The position numbers and the translations under genes were made by a program. A stretch of DNA of 64,000 nt from Octopus vulgaris (Eukaryota). Location: the NCBI GenBank assembly GCA_951406725.2, contig OX597826.1, forward strand, positions 50,096,001-50,160,000, written 5' to 3'. Below, piece after piece: positions 50,699-63,671 of this stretch. Every line of letters begins with the position of its first letter. Position 1 is the first letter of the stretch. Below the pieces are notes generated by a model, which saw nothing but the letters and a program-made list of their open reading frames with translations, made no database searches and had not been told where the DNA came from.

Positions 50699-51417
50699 GT
50701 ATATATACGACGGGTTTCTTTCAGTTTTCTTCTACCAAATCCGCTCACAAGGCTTTGCTCGGACCGAAGCTATAGTAGAAGACACTTGCCCAAGGTGCCA
50801 GGCAATGGGACTGAACCCAGAACCATGTGGTTGGTAAGCAAGCTACTTACCACACAGCCACTCCTACGCCTATGATTTTTCTAAGCCCTGTAAAAGAACT
50901 TGGATAGCTGAACCTCCAGCCGGGCCTTTCGCGATACCCTTATTGCCAGGAACGTTTCAACACCCACCTCGTAATATCCAGATTATTTCATTTAAAGATT
51001 ATCGTTGTTGTTGTTGCTATCTTTGTTGCTATCGTTATCATCGTCAACAATGATATTGCTTCTGTCGTCATCATCGTCCGCATCATTATCCTCTCGTTAT
51101 AGCTACTGTTGTATTTGTTGCCGTCGTTGTTGTTGTCGTTGCTTCAACATTATTGTCCATTGCTCCTGCTGCTGCTACTGCTGCTGCTGGTAATGATGTG
51201 GTGGGGGGGGGGGGTGACTGCTGATGATGTTGATGGTGACGATGATGATGTCGTCGTTGTCACTGCTGTTGCTGCTGTTGTTGGTGTTGACTGTTGTTAT
51301 TGTTTTGTCCCCAAGTCAGCCCTGTTAAACTCCTGTTAAACATTTTAATATTTGTAAATTAGTAGGTTCAATTCTCTAGAGCCACTAAATTGTGTGTATA
51401 TATATATATATATATAT

Positions 51418-51792
51418 GTAAAAAAATACAAACTGGGACAAGAACGCAAAACATTTAGAAGACGATACAAAAAACACGGACGGGACATTCGAAGCCTTCA
51501 ATCTTCAGTCAAGAACGGGATCATCCTCGCAATTTCGGCTGATTAATCTTGAGATTGCTCCGATCTGGCCAGCCCCAAAGGAAAATCTAAGCCAAGCGCA
51601 TTAGGTTCCTTGGAAAAAGCCACGAATGTATACAAAACAAGGACGGAAAAACGGACGATGTTACACGAATATGAATACAAAAATACGTAAAAACAATAGT
51701 ATTCAACGTTTTTTAGATGTCCTGTACCCATATATGCATGTATATATACATATATATGTAGGTATGTGCACATATGTATGTATATATGCATA

Positions 51793-51795
<3 letters not shown>
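51418..51795. mobile_element. TACAGGAC-family element between (TA)n tracts
   Basis: Minus-strand leader ...CATATATGGGTACAGGACATCTAAAAACGTT; contains CTGAAGATTGAAGGCTTCGAATGTC on the minus strand. Confidence 0.55.
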
Positions 51796-51827
<32 letters not shown>

Positions 51828-52228
51828 AGATTGGCTACTTCTCTGCTGAATCCCTCCCACTCTCTTCCCAATAAGGATCGATTAAGTCTATTCAAAATAT
51901 TTTCAATCTACGGAGAAATAGGTAAATTTGACAAGCCTGTATGCCTGTTATGTAAGTTTACAACCAAACATATTCCAGCCGTGACCATCACGCCGTTTTG
52001 TACTTCTAGAAGTAACCATTGTGGCCTTGTTTTTCCACAAGACGGTTGGGTGTGATTTTAAGGTTGCGCATAGTCAGTCGTAGTTCTTGTAAGTGTATTG
52101 ATTTTCAAATACCAGACCCTAAATATATCTCAGATCACTGATGACTGATTTATAAAGATCGATCAGTATCTGAGTTCCTGACCACTAATTACTGATTTAT
52201 ATATATTAAAAATAAAAAAAAACACAAT

Positions 52229-52430
52229 AGTGAAGGCGCGTGGTTTGGTGGTTAGGGTATTCGGCTTACGATTGCAAGGTCGTGAATTCGATTCCCGGCG
52301 ATGGTTTGTGTACTTAAGCAAAACATTTTATCTTTCGTTACTTCATTCCACTCAGCTGGCAACAATGAGTTGTACCTGTATTTCAAAGGACCAGCCTTGT
52401 CACACTTTTTTTGCGTTGCTTTAGCAAGCA
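52229..52430 (+). mobile_element. SINE family C; its 3' part appears inverted at about 52470-52615
   Basis: tRNA head GCGCGTGGTTTGGTGGTTAGG..GAATTCGATTCC; core CCACTCAGCTGGCAACAATGAG. Confidence 0.7.
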
Positions 52431-52802
52431 AAATAGATCTCAGTCAGAATTTCCGATCAAGTGTTTTCAGTGGTTGGATCAACTGAACCACCAGTTTTAT
52501 TGGATTAACATGTAAGCAGTTGAATATTCCACAAACTAGTGTACCCTTCACGTAATTTTCAGGTATAATCAAAGTGGCACAGAATGTGTGAAAAGGCTGT
52601 ACCTTTGAATTGCTGCTGCAAACCATCAAACGGTCTTTGATACCAAAGAGTGGATTCGACCCTGGGCCCACTTAGACTTGAGGGGAACTTCTTAACCATT
52701 CTGCCATACCACGCATACATTGTGCCTAAATACTTTTATGAATATCAATATTATAATGTTAATACCTTACTACGAGATAATCCAAGAGATAATCCACAAA
52801 GC

Positions 52803-53377
52803 GGTGTGGCAAGACGTTTGCTTCCCAACCACAAGGTTCCTGGTTCAATCCCGCTGGGTTGGACCTTGGCCAAGTATCTTCTACAATAGCCTCGAAACAC
52901 AACTAGATCTCATTACGCAAACAATTGTATAATCAAATACCTGTATTCTTGGAAAATTAAGTTGTTTCGAAACAATTCTAGCGAATAATAAACAAATGTC
53001 CAACTGTACTCCCTTTTCCTGTTTCCGATTTCTTCAATTTTATATTCACACACGTCGAATGCCCAATTTTAGGGTTCGAAATATATAATAATGCTACCTA
53101 TACAACTGGGTTATTCTGAAGGTCGACGAACTCTATACTCCAATAGGTTCCTATATATATATATATATATATATATGACCGCGTGTGTACCGTTAGCGAT
53201 TTTTTTCCTCTGTCTTCCCATCTCTGGATCTTTCCTTCTCCTATGTTTCCGACAAAGAGCTCCGCTTGAAACGTTAAACCCTCCTTCCTTCCTTCTTTCC
53301 TGAGCGTCCAATAATACTATATTTGTTCCACGTCCTCGCGTTGTTGTGTTTTTTTTTTGGTGCTTTCTTGTTTGGAT

Positions 53378-53454
<77 letters not shown>

Positions 53455-53698
53455 TATGTGTATATTTGTGTCTGAGTTTGTTTCACTACTACCACTTCAA
53501 AACCGGTGAACCGGTGTGTCTCTGTAATTTAGCAGTTCGGTAAAAGAAACCGATAGTGAATAAGTGAATAAGTACTAATGTTTTAAAACATGGAAATTAA
53601 TAAATACTGTGTTCGATTCGTTCGATTAAAATTCTTCAAGGTTATATGCTCCAGCATGGTCGCATCTAATGACTGAAACAAGTAAAAAGATAAAAGAG
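52803..53698 (+). mobile_element. SINE family A halves (head 52803-52895, tail 53460-53698) flanking inserts
   Basis: Old head and tail in the same orientation; may be one interrupted copy. Confidence 0.55.
53175..53381 (+). mobile_element. HHR-bearing element, subfamily 2 (motif at 53245-53279 with two substitutions)
   Basis: GTTT-CCGACAA-A-GAGC(TCC)GCTT-GAAAC-GTT-AAAC; (TA)n on both sides. Confidence 0.8.
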
Positions 53699-54405
53699 GA
53701 GCTATTAATATTAATATTTTCCGTTGAAACGTCTTATATTGCTTTTTATCTCTCATAAATTTTGCTGATCAAGTTAATGTGTTTTTGTTTTTTTTTTTTA
53801 CTAGATTACTCCACTCCGAAGAAAATTATCAATATTCATAAATTTACCAGTTTGAGCCAACGAAAACATGGGATAAAGATAAAATTTTATCCATAAAAAT
53901 TAAGTATTGCGCTTCCTGCACTTTGCTGCACTCTACCTGAACATGGAGGTACAATTTTTTTTTTTTTTTTTTTTTTTTAAGATAACATTTTTTTAATGTA
54001 TATGCCTGTCTTTAATACGCAACACTATTTCCAGAAATTTCCAAGCAGGGATAGAATATGCTCGATTTGCTCCTTACGTAGTTCCTCGGAGAAAGTTAAA
54101 TGGTTCGGTGTTAGCTCCCGCAGTAATGATCCTAGAAATAATGAAATAAAATAAAATAAAATAAAATGAAAACTTAAATTAAACTAATAAATAAAACAAT
54201 GGAGGTGCAGTCATAGCTGTGGCTGTGTGATTAAAAAGCTCGCTTTGCAACCACGCGGTTTCAGGTTCAATCCCATGGAGCGGCACTTTGGGCAAGCGAC
54301 TTCTTCTATAGCTCCTGGATCACCAATGCTTTGTGAGGGAATTTGATAGACGGAAGCTATATATGCAGTATAATGTGGTGGAGGGGGCGTGCATGCGTGT
54401 GTGTG

Positions 54406-54644
54406 TGTAAAGAATAAAAAGTTTTGAATGGTACAACAATGCACTATAATACAGACAATGGGCTATATACCTGTCGTAATTTAGTCATCCATAGTCTAGC
54501 GACTCTATCTAAGAATATCTGAAGAAGGAATTTTATTCCGAAATATCATATCTGACTATGGATGACTAAATTACTACAGGTATATAGCCCATTGTCTGTA
54601 TTATAGTACATTGTTGTACCATTCAAAACTTTTCATTCTTTACA
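54406..54644. repeat. Fold-back with 91-bp inverted arms and a 57-nt spacer
   Basis: 54406-54496 versus 54554-54644; I count three mismatches. Confidence 0.95.
54515..54551 (+). ncRNA. Minimal type I hammerhead ribozyme motif in the fold-back spacer
   Basis: ATAT-CTGAAGA-A-GGAAT(TTT)ATTCC-GAAA-TA-TC-ATAT. Confidence 0.75.
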
Positions 54645-54678
54645 AACAATACACAATGCTTCAAGCGAACTACAATAT

Positions 54679-54727
<49 letters not shown>

Positions 54728-55262
54728 GAGAAAGTTAAAGATTCTGTATGTGTATTTGTATTTGTTACTGCCACCGCCTGACAAACGGCGTGGGTTTGTT
54801 TTCGTCTCTGTATCTTAATGGTTCGTGGCTTAAATATAAGAACTAAGGTTCGAGTTGTTCAACTAAAACCCGTCGAGACGATGACCCAGCATGACTGCAG
54901 TCAGTAAAAAATAAGAAGGTAAAAAGGAATTGTTGAGCTAGAAATCGGGCGTTCCTCACATCAAATGAACTTATCGACATTCAAAAAAAATTTATACCAA
55001 ATCTTAACAATTTCTCTGAAACTAGTTTTTGTACCGATTTCATGCCAGTTATTTTGCCTTTGAATACCCGTTGTGAAACCCAAGGTCGAGTCGAGAACGA
55101 TCTAGAGCTCAGTGATTTGAATTGCACTTGTGTATTTGTTGTTTTTAGAATACTGTTGGTATTGATTGCTCCACGCAGCTGGTCACAGCGCCAGAAGCTG
55201 GCATGTGGTTAACACATGCCGCACTTTTTGTATACGTGTGTTTGATATTCTGTGTGTGTGTA

Positions 55263-55297
<35 letters not shown>

Positions 55298-55298
<1 letters not shown>

Positions 55299-55402
55299 GT
55301 TATTCCGGGTGATGCTAGTACTGTGTAATCCAGTACAACCCGTTACATGGTCGGCTCGTCGGCGACTAAACCGACATCCCCGCCAGGGCTAGACTGGTGA
55401 GG
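55298..55402 (+). repeat. Structured ~105-nt motif homologous to 45052-45165
   Basis: Shared GTAA.CCAGTACAAC..GT.ACAT.GTC.G.TCG.C.G.GACTAA.CCG.CA.CCC. Confidence 0.7.
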
Positions 55403-55642
55403 AAGACAACTAGAAAATTAGCAGAACATAAATAAGACCTGCTATAGGGGGGCAGATGAACCCAACAGAGATACCTATAACCAGGGATACCAGGCTATAG
55501 TGGACAGAGGCACAGAAATGACGGAGAGGTTGAATGAGTTTGTTGTAAGACCGCTTTGGGAGTGGTTGAGCCCTAGTTTTTGTCAGAACATAATGACTAG
55601 AAAAAAAGTAGATAAGGTTCTTTAGCCGTGTTGAGAGTGACA

Positions 55643-56433
55643 TTTGAAGGTGGACTGAAAAGTCCACAGGCTGACTATTAAGGAGTGCTGCTAGAGCTGT
55701 TGCAGGATACCCGGGTCTTTAGTCATCTTCAAGACCCTCCCTTCCTCTCCTAAATTCAGCTGGCCACTTATACACTGTTGATAAGGCTGCAACGCCATTC
55801 CCTAGTGTAACAGCCATGTCAGCATGAATGTCTTTGGGGGTTAAATATTTTTTTTTTTTTTGCAGATGCTTGATAACACCACGATGTCAAAGGTTGTCCA
55901 TTTTCTAGATAAATCGCTAATATTTACTTTTGAAGTTTTCTTTGAACAGTCAGACATCGGTTTACCTGGATAGAAATAATGCAGTTATTAACAAGAGTAC
56001 TCAGAGAGTGCAAACAGCTGCCAAGGCAACACCAACGTCCTCTCAATGATTAGACAGAGATGATTTTTAAAATGAGAATATCTGAAATAAACTCGACTGC
56101 TCTCACAAACGGGAATACTAAATATGAACCCCGAGCGCTCTCAAAACATTAAGTAAAAAAAAAAAAACCGAAAATAATCTAGAATCCTTGTCCGGTACCA
56201 GATCAATCCCAAAATCTAATCAGTTCGTGCCAGTCACGAGGCCAAACATCCCTGAAAGTTTCATCCGAATTCAACCAATGCGGACAAAGAAACAAACACG
56301 ACTGAAAACAATACCTCCGCCTTTACTAAGGCGGAGGTAATAAGAAGCGTTGAAATTTTAGGCAGGCAACATTTCACAGCTTTCGCATCACTCCTTTATA
56401 TTCGGCCTAATAACTTTTCTGACAATCCTCATA
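55643..56433 (-). mobile_element. Decayed mariner element (transposase N-terminus), interrupted by a Helentron-type insert
   Basis: Minus strand HRGVIKHL..TPKDIHADMAVTLG...STVYKW.AEFRRGREGLEDD*RPG; ends TGAAGGTGGACTGAAAAGT / ACTTTTCTGACAATCCTCATA. Confidence 0.75.
55990..56343 (-). mobile_element. Helentron/HINE-type non-autonomous element
   Basis: Minus 5' TTATTACCTCCGCCTTAGTAAAGGCGGAGGTATTGTTTTC palindrome; 3' GCACTCTCTGAGTACTCTTGTT stem-loop. Confidence 0.7.
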
Positions 56434-56530
56434 TCTGTACTGCCCTATAGTCTTGTGGGTGAGTCTAGGAAGACAAAAACTAGTGGGGTACATGCTCAGA
56501 AAAAAAGTAGGCTGTGAAGGTTAGTTTTAA

Positions 56531-56731
56531 CCCATTCATTACTCTAGTTTTAATTAATTAATTTTGAAAATATTTTGAAGAATTTTGTGAAATAACGAAG
56601 TCATTACTAAGCTGGTATTTGGAACATAAACTGATATGAAATTCTGATAGATTTTAATTTAGATCTCATTAAAACAAGAAGCTTGTGTCACAGGATCAGG
56701 GAAGGTTTCAGATGGGTTGGTACCAAGAGGG
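56531..56731. mobile_element. piggyBac-type MITE
   Basis: TTAA-CCC...GGG-TTAA; second copy at 2535-3164. Confidence 0.65.
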
Positions 56732-57108
56732 TTAAGATGGTTTTTCAACATACTGGATTCTAGCAGCTTTCTGCGACTGAGAGAAAGTATCAGTTATCTT
56801 CGATGGCCATTGCCATTAGATCTATCCCTTTCACAGCAAAGGGAGTGGGAAATGTGCACTGCCTATGCCATTATAGAGCTGCATTGCTGGAGCCTGTTCT
56901 CCTTCAATGTGGTTCATGCCACTTAGATTTCAGGATCTTAGATCATTGCGATGATAATAGCTGTCGTTGCTGCGGCGGGAGCATCATACAAGATAGCGAC
57001 TGATAAACTGTTCTTGTGTTCTTACTATTGTCAGTAAAAGCCAAACACTAACATGCCCTCGCACATACATACACACACACACACGTGCACATACTTGCAT
57101 GTATGTAA

Positions 57109-57506
57109 GAGTGGCTGTGTGGTAAGTAGCTTGTTTACCAACCACATGGTTCCGGGTTCAGTCCCACTGCGTGACACCTTGGGCAAGCGTCTTCTACTAT
57201 AGCCTCGGGCCGACCAAAGCCTTGTGAGTGAATTTGGTAGACGGAAACTGAAAGAAGCCCGTCGTATATATGTATATATATATGCGTGTGCGTTTTTGTG
57301 TGTCTGTGTTTGTCCCCCTAGCATTGCTTGACAACCGATGCTGGTGTGTTTATGTCCCCGTTACTTAGCGGTTCGGCAAAAGAGACCGATAGAATAAGTA
57401 CTGGGCTTACAAAAGAATAAGTTCCGGGGTCGAGTGGCTCGATTAAAGGCGTTGCTCCAGCATGGCTGCAGTCAAATGACTGAAACAAGTAAAAGAGTAA
57501 AAGAGT
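57109..57506 (+). mobile_element. SINE family A, young copy
   Basis: Near-identical to 450-858. Confidence 0.92.
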
Positions 57507-57924
57507 ATGTGTGCGTGTGTGTGTGTGCGCGCGTGCGTGTGTGTATGCATATATACGAATGTGTGTATGTGAGTATACATGTGTGTGTGTATGTGTGTGT
57601 GTACATTATCATTTATCTTTTATTTGATTCAATTATTGGACTGTGGCCATACTGGGGCACCGCCTTCAAGGGTTTTAGTCGAATGAATTGACCCAGGTGC
57701 GTATTTTTTTTTAAACCTGGCACTCGTTCTGTCGGTCGTTTATGCCGATCCGCTCAGTTACAGGGACATAAAGAAGCTCGATTGTCGCATGGTAGTGGAG
57801 AGTTTCACACAAACACAAATACACACATATGCATGCATGCATACATACATACATACATACATACATACATACATACATACATACATACATACATACATAC
57901 ATACATACATACATACATACACAC

Positions 57925-57976
<52 letters not shown>

Positions 57977-57979
<3 letters not shown>

Positions 57980-58288
57980 GCACCCAAGTACCTCAATTTC
58001 ATCTACTAATTACTTCAGTCTACTGGAGGGATAAAGGTAGAATGAGGTAAGTTTGCCCCTTGGCTGAAACAGCTGTAAGATATTTTTTCCCAATTTCTAT
58101 TCCTGTATGTTATATATTTTAATAATTACTGGTATCTTTATATATTATATATGTAAAGCATAATATTTTATACATGATATGTATATTGTTGTAATTGTCA
58201 ATTTAGTAAATAAACAAATAAATTGATGTAATATGTCTAAAAGTTGATGAATACCACCTATTGATCCTCCTCCATTTTCTTATTGCTC
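57977..58288 (+). mobile_element. Penelope-like element, 5'-truncated inside the HHR-like motif
   Basis: GGCT-GAAA-CAGCTG-TA-AGAT as in the 50021 element; same CTCCATTTTCTTATT 3' end; (TA)n flanks. Confidence 0.6.
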
Positions 58289-58310
58289 TCTCTCTATATA
58301 TATATATACT

Positions 58311-58542
58311 ATTTTTACTCTTTTACTTGTTTCAGTCATTTGACTGCGGCCATGCTGGAGCACCGCCTTTAGTCGAGCAAATCGACCCCGGGACTTATTC
58401 TTTGTAAGCCCAGTACTTATTCTATCGGTCTCTTTTGCCGAACCGCTATGTGACGGGGACGTAAACATACCAGCATCGGTTGTCAAGCAATGCTAGGGGG
58501 ACAAACACAGACACACAAACCCACACATACACACACACACAC

Positions 58543-58608
<66 letters not shown>

Positions 58609-58752
58609 GACGGGCTTCTTTCAGTTTCCGTCTACCAAATCCACTCATAAGGCATTGGTCGGCCCGGAGCTATAGCAGAAGACACTTGCCCAAGATGCCA
58701 CGCAGTGGGACTGAACCCGGAACCATGTGGTTGGTTAGCAAGCTACTTACCA
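58311..58752 (-). mobile_element. SINE family A, young copy
   Basis: Near-identical to 31410-31812. Confidence 0.92.
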
Positions 58753-59159
58753 CATACATATACATATATACATATACATACACACACAAACACACACACG
58801 CACGCGCGCGCGCGGCGGGTAACGATGGATTAACCATTAAACAAAATAAGCATGTGCTAAGAGCATCTAGGTAGCGGGGTACCACAGAAATAGTAAATGG
58901 TTTACGGCACAAAACAAATCACTTTAAACCTGCTAAAATAATATTCGAGTTGCCTCATCTCGACAAAGTATAGAAGCAGATGTATTACGTAAGATTAACT
59001 TTGAGGATTTAACCAAAGATATTTCAAATAAAAAAAAAAAGGAAAGTAGGAGAAAACTTTTCAAATATAAATGGAAATATGCAAAAATAAGCATTATTTT
59101 CCCTCTTACTGTTAGGTTTGTTTCATTTTGAAAATTAAAAGTTTATTTTAAGGTTTATT

Positions 59160-59529
59160 ACTCTTTTACTTGTTTCAGTCATTTGACTGCAACCATGCTG
59201 GAGCATCGCCTTTAGTCGAGTAAATATTATTCTTTGTAAGCCTAGTACTTATTCTATCGGTTCTCTTTTGCCGAACTGCTAAGTTACGGGGCGTAAATAC
59301 ACCAGCATCGGTTGTCAAGCGATGTTGGGGAGACATACAAACACACACATATATATACATATATACGACGGGTTTTTTTCAGTTTCCGTCTACCAAATCC
59401 ACTCACAAGGTTTGGGTCGGCCGGAGGCTATAGTAGAAGACACTTGCCCAAGGTGCCACGCAGTGGGAATAAACCCGGAACCATGTGGTTGGTAAGCAAG
59501 CTACTTACCAGACAGCCACTCCTGCGCCT
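59160..59529 (-). mobile_element. SINE family A
   Basis: Full head and tail. Confidence 0.9.
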
Positions 59530-60133
59530 GTTTATATTTTGAATAAGATATATATGTATATAGGGGTACCAGAGTCTTTTAAGTATTTAAGGCCTCTGTG
59601 GGTCATAATCCGGCCCTGACGATAGCCGTCTTTCAGCTGTTGTCTTCGAAATCCAATAAGAAGGTTTTGGTCGGCCCGGGGCTATAGTAGAAGGCATTCG
59701 CCCCAGGTGCTACGCATTGAGACTGAACCGAAAACCATGAGATTGAGAAGCTAACGTCTAACCACACAGCCACACATATGTATGTATGTTTGTACGTATG
59801 TATGTATGATTACACAAGCGGTAACTATGAATTGAAATATTAGTGTTTTTATACCGGTTGTTGGCATTTATTAAGGGTAATGGAGCTGGTACTACGAGTA
59901 TCCGGTACAATGTACCTACACTTTTGTCGATTATTATCACTATCACTGTATCCGTCGCTGTGGCTACTACACCCCAAGGAATATGCTTCCGCTTCCGGTC
60001 TTAAAAAAGATAGCTACAGAAAACTGGGCTGCTATTGGTCAAGGTTTGTCGCGCGCCCACACACACACACAGACGCACAGACGCACACACGTATATAGAT
60101 GTATACAGGTATGTATGTGTGTGTGTATGTATG

Positions 60134-60209
<76 letters not shown>

Positions 60210-60229
60210 TACATACATACATACATACA

Positions 60230-60261
<32 letters not shown>

Positions 60262-60436
60262 AAACCGTTGGGTAAGTAGAGTGTTAAACCCACACAACGG
60301 TTTTGCCGTGGTTAAACCAGGATTTTCTTCACCTGACGTGTTTCGGTATTAGTCTGGAATCCGACAGTGTTGATAGCCTAGAACTTGAGCTGAGTACTTC
60401 ATTGGAAATACCTTATCTTTATACCCTACCAGAAAC

Positions 60437-60484
<48 letters not shown>

Positions 60485-60612
60485 AAATATATAGTAGTCG
60501 AAAAGATGGATTCCCTCCCATCACGTGTCAGCGACGAGAGAGTCGAGGAGGAGGAATGAGAGAGAGAGAGAGGGTGAAGGGGAGAGGAGAAGAATATATA
60601 TATATATCTATA

Positions 60613-61795
60613 CAGGGTGGGGAAGATAAATTTACAATATTTTGAGGCAGAGATTGAAAGATTAGTTTATTGAAAGTCATGAGAATTTATTTGCCACAAG
60701 ATAATTTACATAATAGAAAATGTTTTTATTCTGTGTTCTCCTACTTTCTCAATAACTGCCTTCACACGCTTCCTGAAACTTGCACAAGTGTTCCTCAAAT
60801 ATTTGGGAGACAACTTCGCCCATTCTTCTTTAATAGTATCTTTAAGAGAATCGACATTGCTGTGTGATGTCCTATTTGTAGCATTTTCTAAAATGCCCTA
60901 AATAGCATAATCCAGAGGATTTAGATCTGGGCTAGAAAGCGGCCATAAACATGATTCAAATTACATAATTTCCATCTGGGTAGTTTGCTTTAAGCCATGG
61001 CAATACCTGGTATCTCAGAGTCTTGTAGTAAGTATTAACATTGATCTTTTCATCAGCTATGTAGAATTTTATAGGCATTTTCTTTCCATCGGAAGTCACA
61101 ACACCAGAAGCCATAACTTGAGCAGGATGCTTTGTTTTGAATGTCCCCTTAACCTCAGCTGTCGATTTTGCGATAAATCTGTCATTTTTGCGGTTCAGAA
61201 CAGCATCGCCAGTGAAGATCTTTTCATCTGAAAAGATCGTTACAATGGAGGACTTTTTCTTGAATCATGTAATAATTTTTTTGCACCTTTCCAATCTCTT
61301 TTCCTTCATAGCTGTTGTCAAAAAGTGTTTTGGTGTTCTTGTGTAAGATTTTAACATCAAATCATATTTTACTGCATCTATAATGGTCTTGTTGTCTATT
61401 TTTCTCATGGATTTGGTTGGATTCATTAGGATTTTGGATTTGAAAGCTTTAATAAAAGTTTTGGTACGTTTTTTGTTAATTCCTCCACTTCCAGACTTCC
61501 TTGTAATAGTTTTGCTCATAGTCATTCTATTCCTTACATTATAAACAGTCTTTATGGAAACTCCAGCTATTCTTGAAATCTCCTCTGGTGTGACGAGTGC
61601 ATTCAGCAAATCACACACGCTTTGACATTTGCTTTCCTGATCACTCATATGGGCAAAAGTTTTGGAAAAGGTAAGGATAATAAGTCTTAGGTATGATTAC
61701 GACATCAATATATGCTAGATTTCAAAACAATTGACTTAGTGCTTGCTGAGAAAAAATAACTTAACATTCATTGTAAATTTTGCTTCCCCACGCTG
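60613..61795 (-). mobile_element. Tc1/mariner superfamily transposon, maT (DD37D)-like, defective
   Basis: TA-flanked 26-bp TIRs CAGGGTGGGGAAGATAAATTTACAAT / CAGCGTGGGGAAGCAAAATTTACAAT; transposase on the minus strand. Confidence 0.92.
60790..61648 (-). pseudogene. maT-like transposase pseudogene
   Basis: MSDQESK..HTH (GVSIKTVYNV); TIFSDEKIFT..NRKNDR..KHPAQVM..; WPLSSPDLNPLDYAI*; stops, and the segment with the second Asp appears deleted. Confidence 0.85.
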
Positions 61796-61911
61796 TATAT
61801 ATATACACATATACATACACACATACATACATACATACATACATACATACATACATACATACATACATACATACACACATACATACATACATACATACAT
61901 ACATACATACA

Positions 61912-61942
<31 letters not shown>

Positions 61943-62344
61943 GCTTCTTCGCCTTGTTACATCTACCTAGCTACACCAAACAATGAAGACTCAATGGTTA
62001 GTCTGTATAAGTAACAGTTGTGTATGCAGGAAGCGGCAGTGGATTTCTTTACCCGTGGATCTATAACGATATGTCGACATCCCTAGATATAGCATTTATG
62101 TGGTCACGTGATCTGCTAGAAAGGGCAGCCAAATATCCCTCAAATCACCCCCAGCTATTTTAAAACTTAGGGTGGTTTATTGTAGTTCGTATATATACAT
62201 CCATATATATGTATACATATAAAGGAATGTATGTGCGTGTGTATATCTGTGTATGCGCGCGTGTGTGTATGTGTGTGTGCGTGTCTGTATGTGTGTGTGT
62301 ATGTATGCATGTATGTTTGTATGTATGTATGTGTATGTATGTAT

Positions 62345-62544
62345 ACTCTTACTCTTTTACACTTTTACTTGTTTCAGTCATTTGACTGTGGTCATGCTAG
62401 AGCACCGCCTTTAGTCGAGCAAATCGACCCCATGACTTAGTACTTATTCTATCGATGTCTTTTGCGGAACCGCTAAGTTGCGGGGACGTAAACACACTAG
62501 CATCGGTTGTCAAGCGATGTTGGGGGACAAACACAGACACACAA

Positions 62545-62638
<94 letters not shown>

Positions 62639-62801
62639 ACATATATTCGACGGGCTTCTTTCAGTTTCTGTCTACCAAATCCACTCACAAGGCTTTGGTC
62701 GGCCCGAGACTATAGTAGAAGACATTTGCCCAAGGTACCACGCAGTGGGACTGAACCCGGAACCATGTGGTTTGTAAGCAAGCTACTTACCACACAGCCA
62801 C
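62345..62801 (-). mobile_element. SINE family A
   Basis: Full head and tail. Confidence 0.9.
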
Positions 62802-63354
62802 TGGACTGTGACCATATTGGGGCACCCCTTGAAGGCTTTTAGTAAAACGAATCAACTCGCGTATTTATTTTTTTTTAATCTGGCACTTATTTTATCGGTC
62901 CTTTATACCGATCCGCTCTGTTACAGGAACATGAACAAACCTACACCGGTTATCCGAATTTACTGAGCTCTAAATGACTGCAAAAACCTTATAACAAATA
63001 TCTTCTGGTCAACTGGACCCGTTCTCTTTATATCCTATTCTCACTCAGCTCGTCTCTTATTTTCACTCACCTCGTCTGTTAATACCGCTTTCCTTGTCTC
63101 CTAACCCCTCCTCGTTTCTTAATCCGGCTCCCTTCATTTCTTAATCTCGAACCAAGAAATACATTGGCACCGCGTATATACACACCTACAACCACACTGA
63201 AATCTATGGTATTAATACATACTGCAATAAATACAGTGTACGAGGGGGATATTGTGTTGTAGAGACATATATTTGACACTATATTGTTGTGTTACATAAT
63301 AGTATATCTTTACTATGGTGGCGGTGTTGAATAGTGTGATGTATAATGTACAGT

Positions 63355-63671
63355 AGTGGCTTAGTGGCTGGGGGTATTCAGCTCACGATCGTAAGGTCGT
63401 GAGTTCGATTCTCGGTGGTACGTTATGTCCTTGAGCAAAACGCTTTATTTCATGTTGCTTCAATCCACTCAGCTAGCAAAAAGGAGTTGTACCTGTAATT
63501 CAAAAGGGTCAACCTTGTCACACTCTATATCATGCTGAATCTCCCTGAGTACTACATTAAGGATACTCGTGTCTGAGGAGTACTCAGTCACTTGCATGTT
63601 AATTTCATGAGCAGACTGTTCTGTTGATAGGGTCAACTGGAACCCGCGTCCTCGTAACCGATGGAGTGCCA
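63355..63671 (+). mobile_element. SINE family C, full length
   Basis: GTGGCTTAGTGG..GATCGTAAGGTCGTGAGTTCGATTC head; TGTCCTTGAGCAAAAC core; CGTAACCGATGGAGTGCCA tail. Confidence 0.85.

Larger units (their letters stand above)
49460..50871 (-). mobile_element. SINE family A split by three insertions in its microsatellite
   Basis: Tail 49460-49675 and head 50706-50871 are colinear halves. Confidence 0.8.
54216..54915 (+). mobile_element. Old SINE family A split by the 54406 fold-back
   Basis: Head 54216-54360, tail 54740-54915. Confidence 0.7.

Noticed and set aside
55298-55402. HDV-like ribozyme assignment for the structured motif
   Set aside because: A P1/P3-like arrangement can be drawn, but L3 lacks the YCC needed for P1.1 and no P2 partner follows the CUAA; left unassigned.
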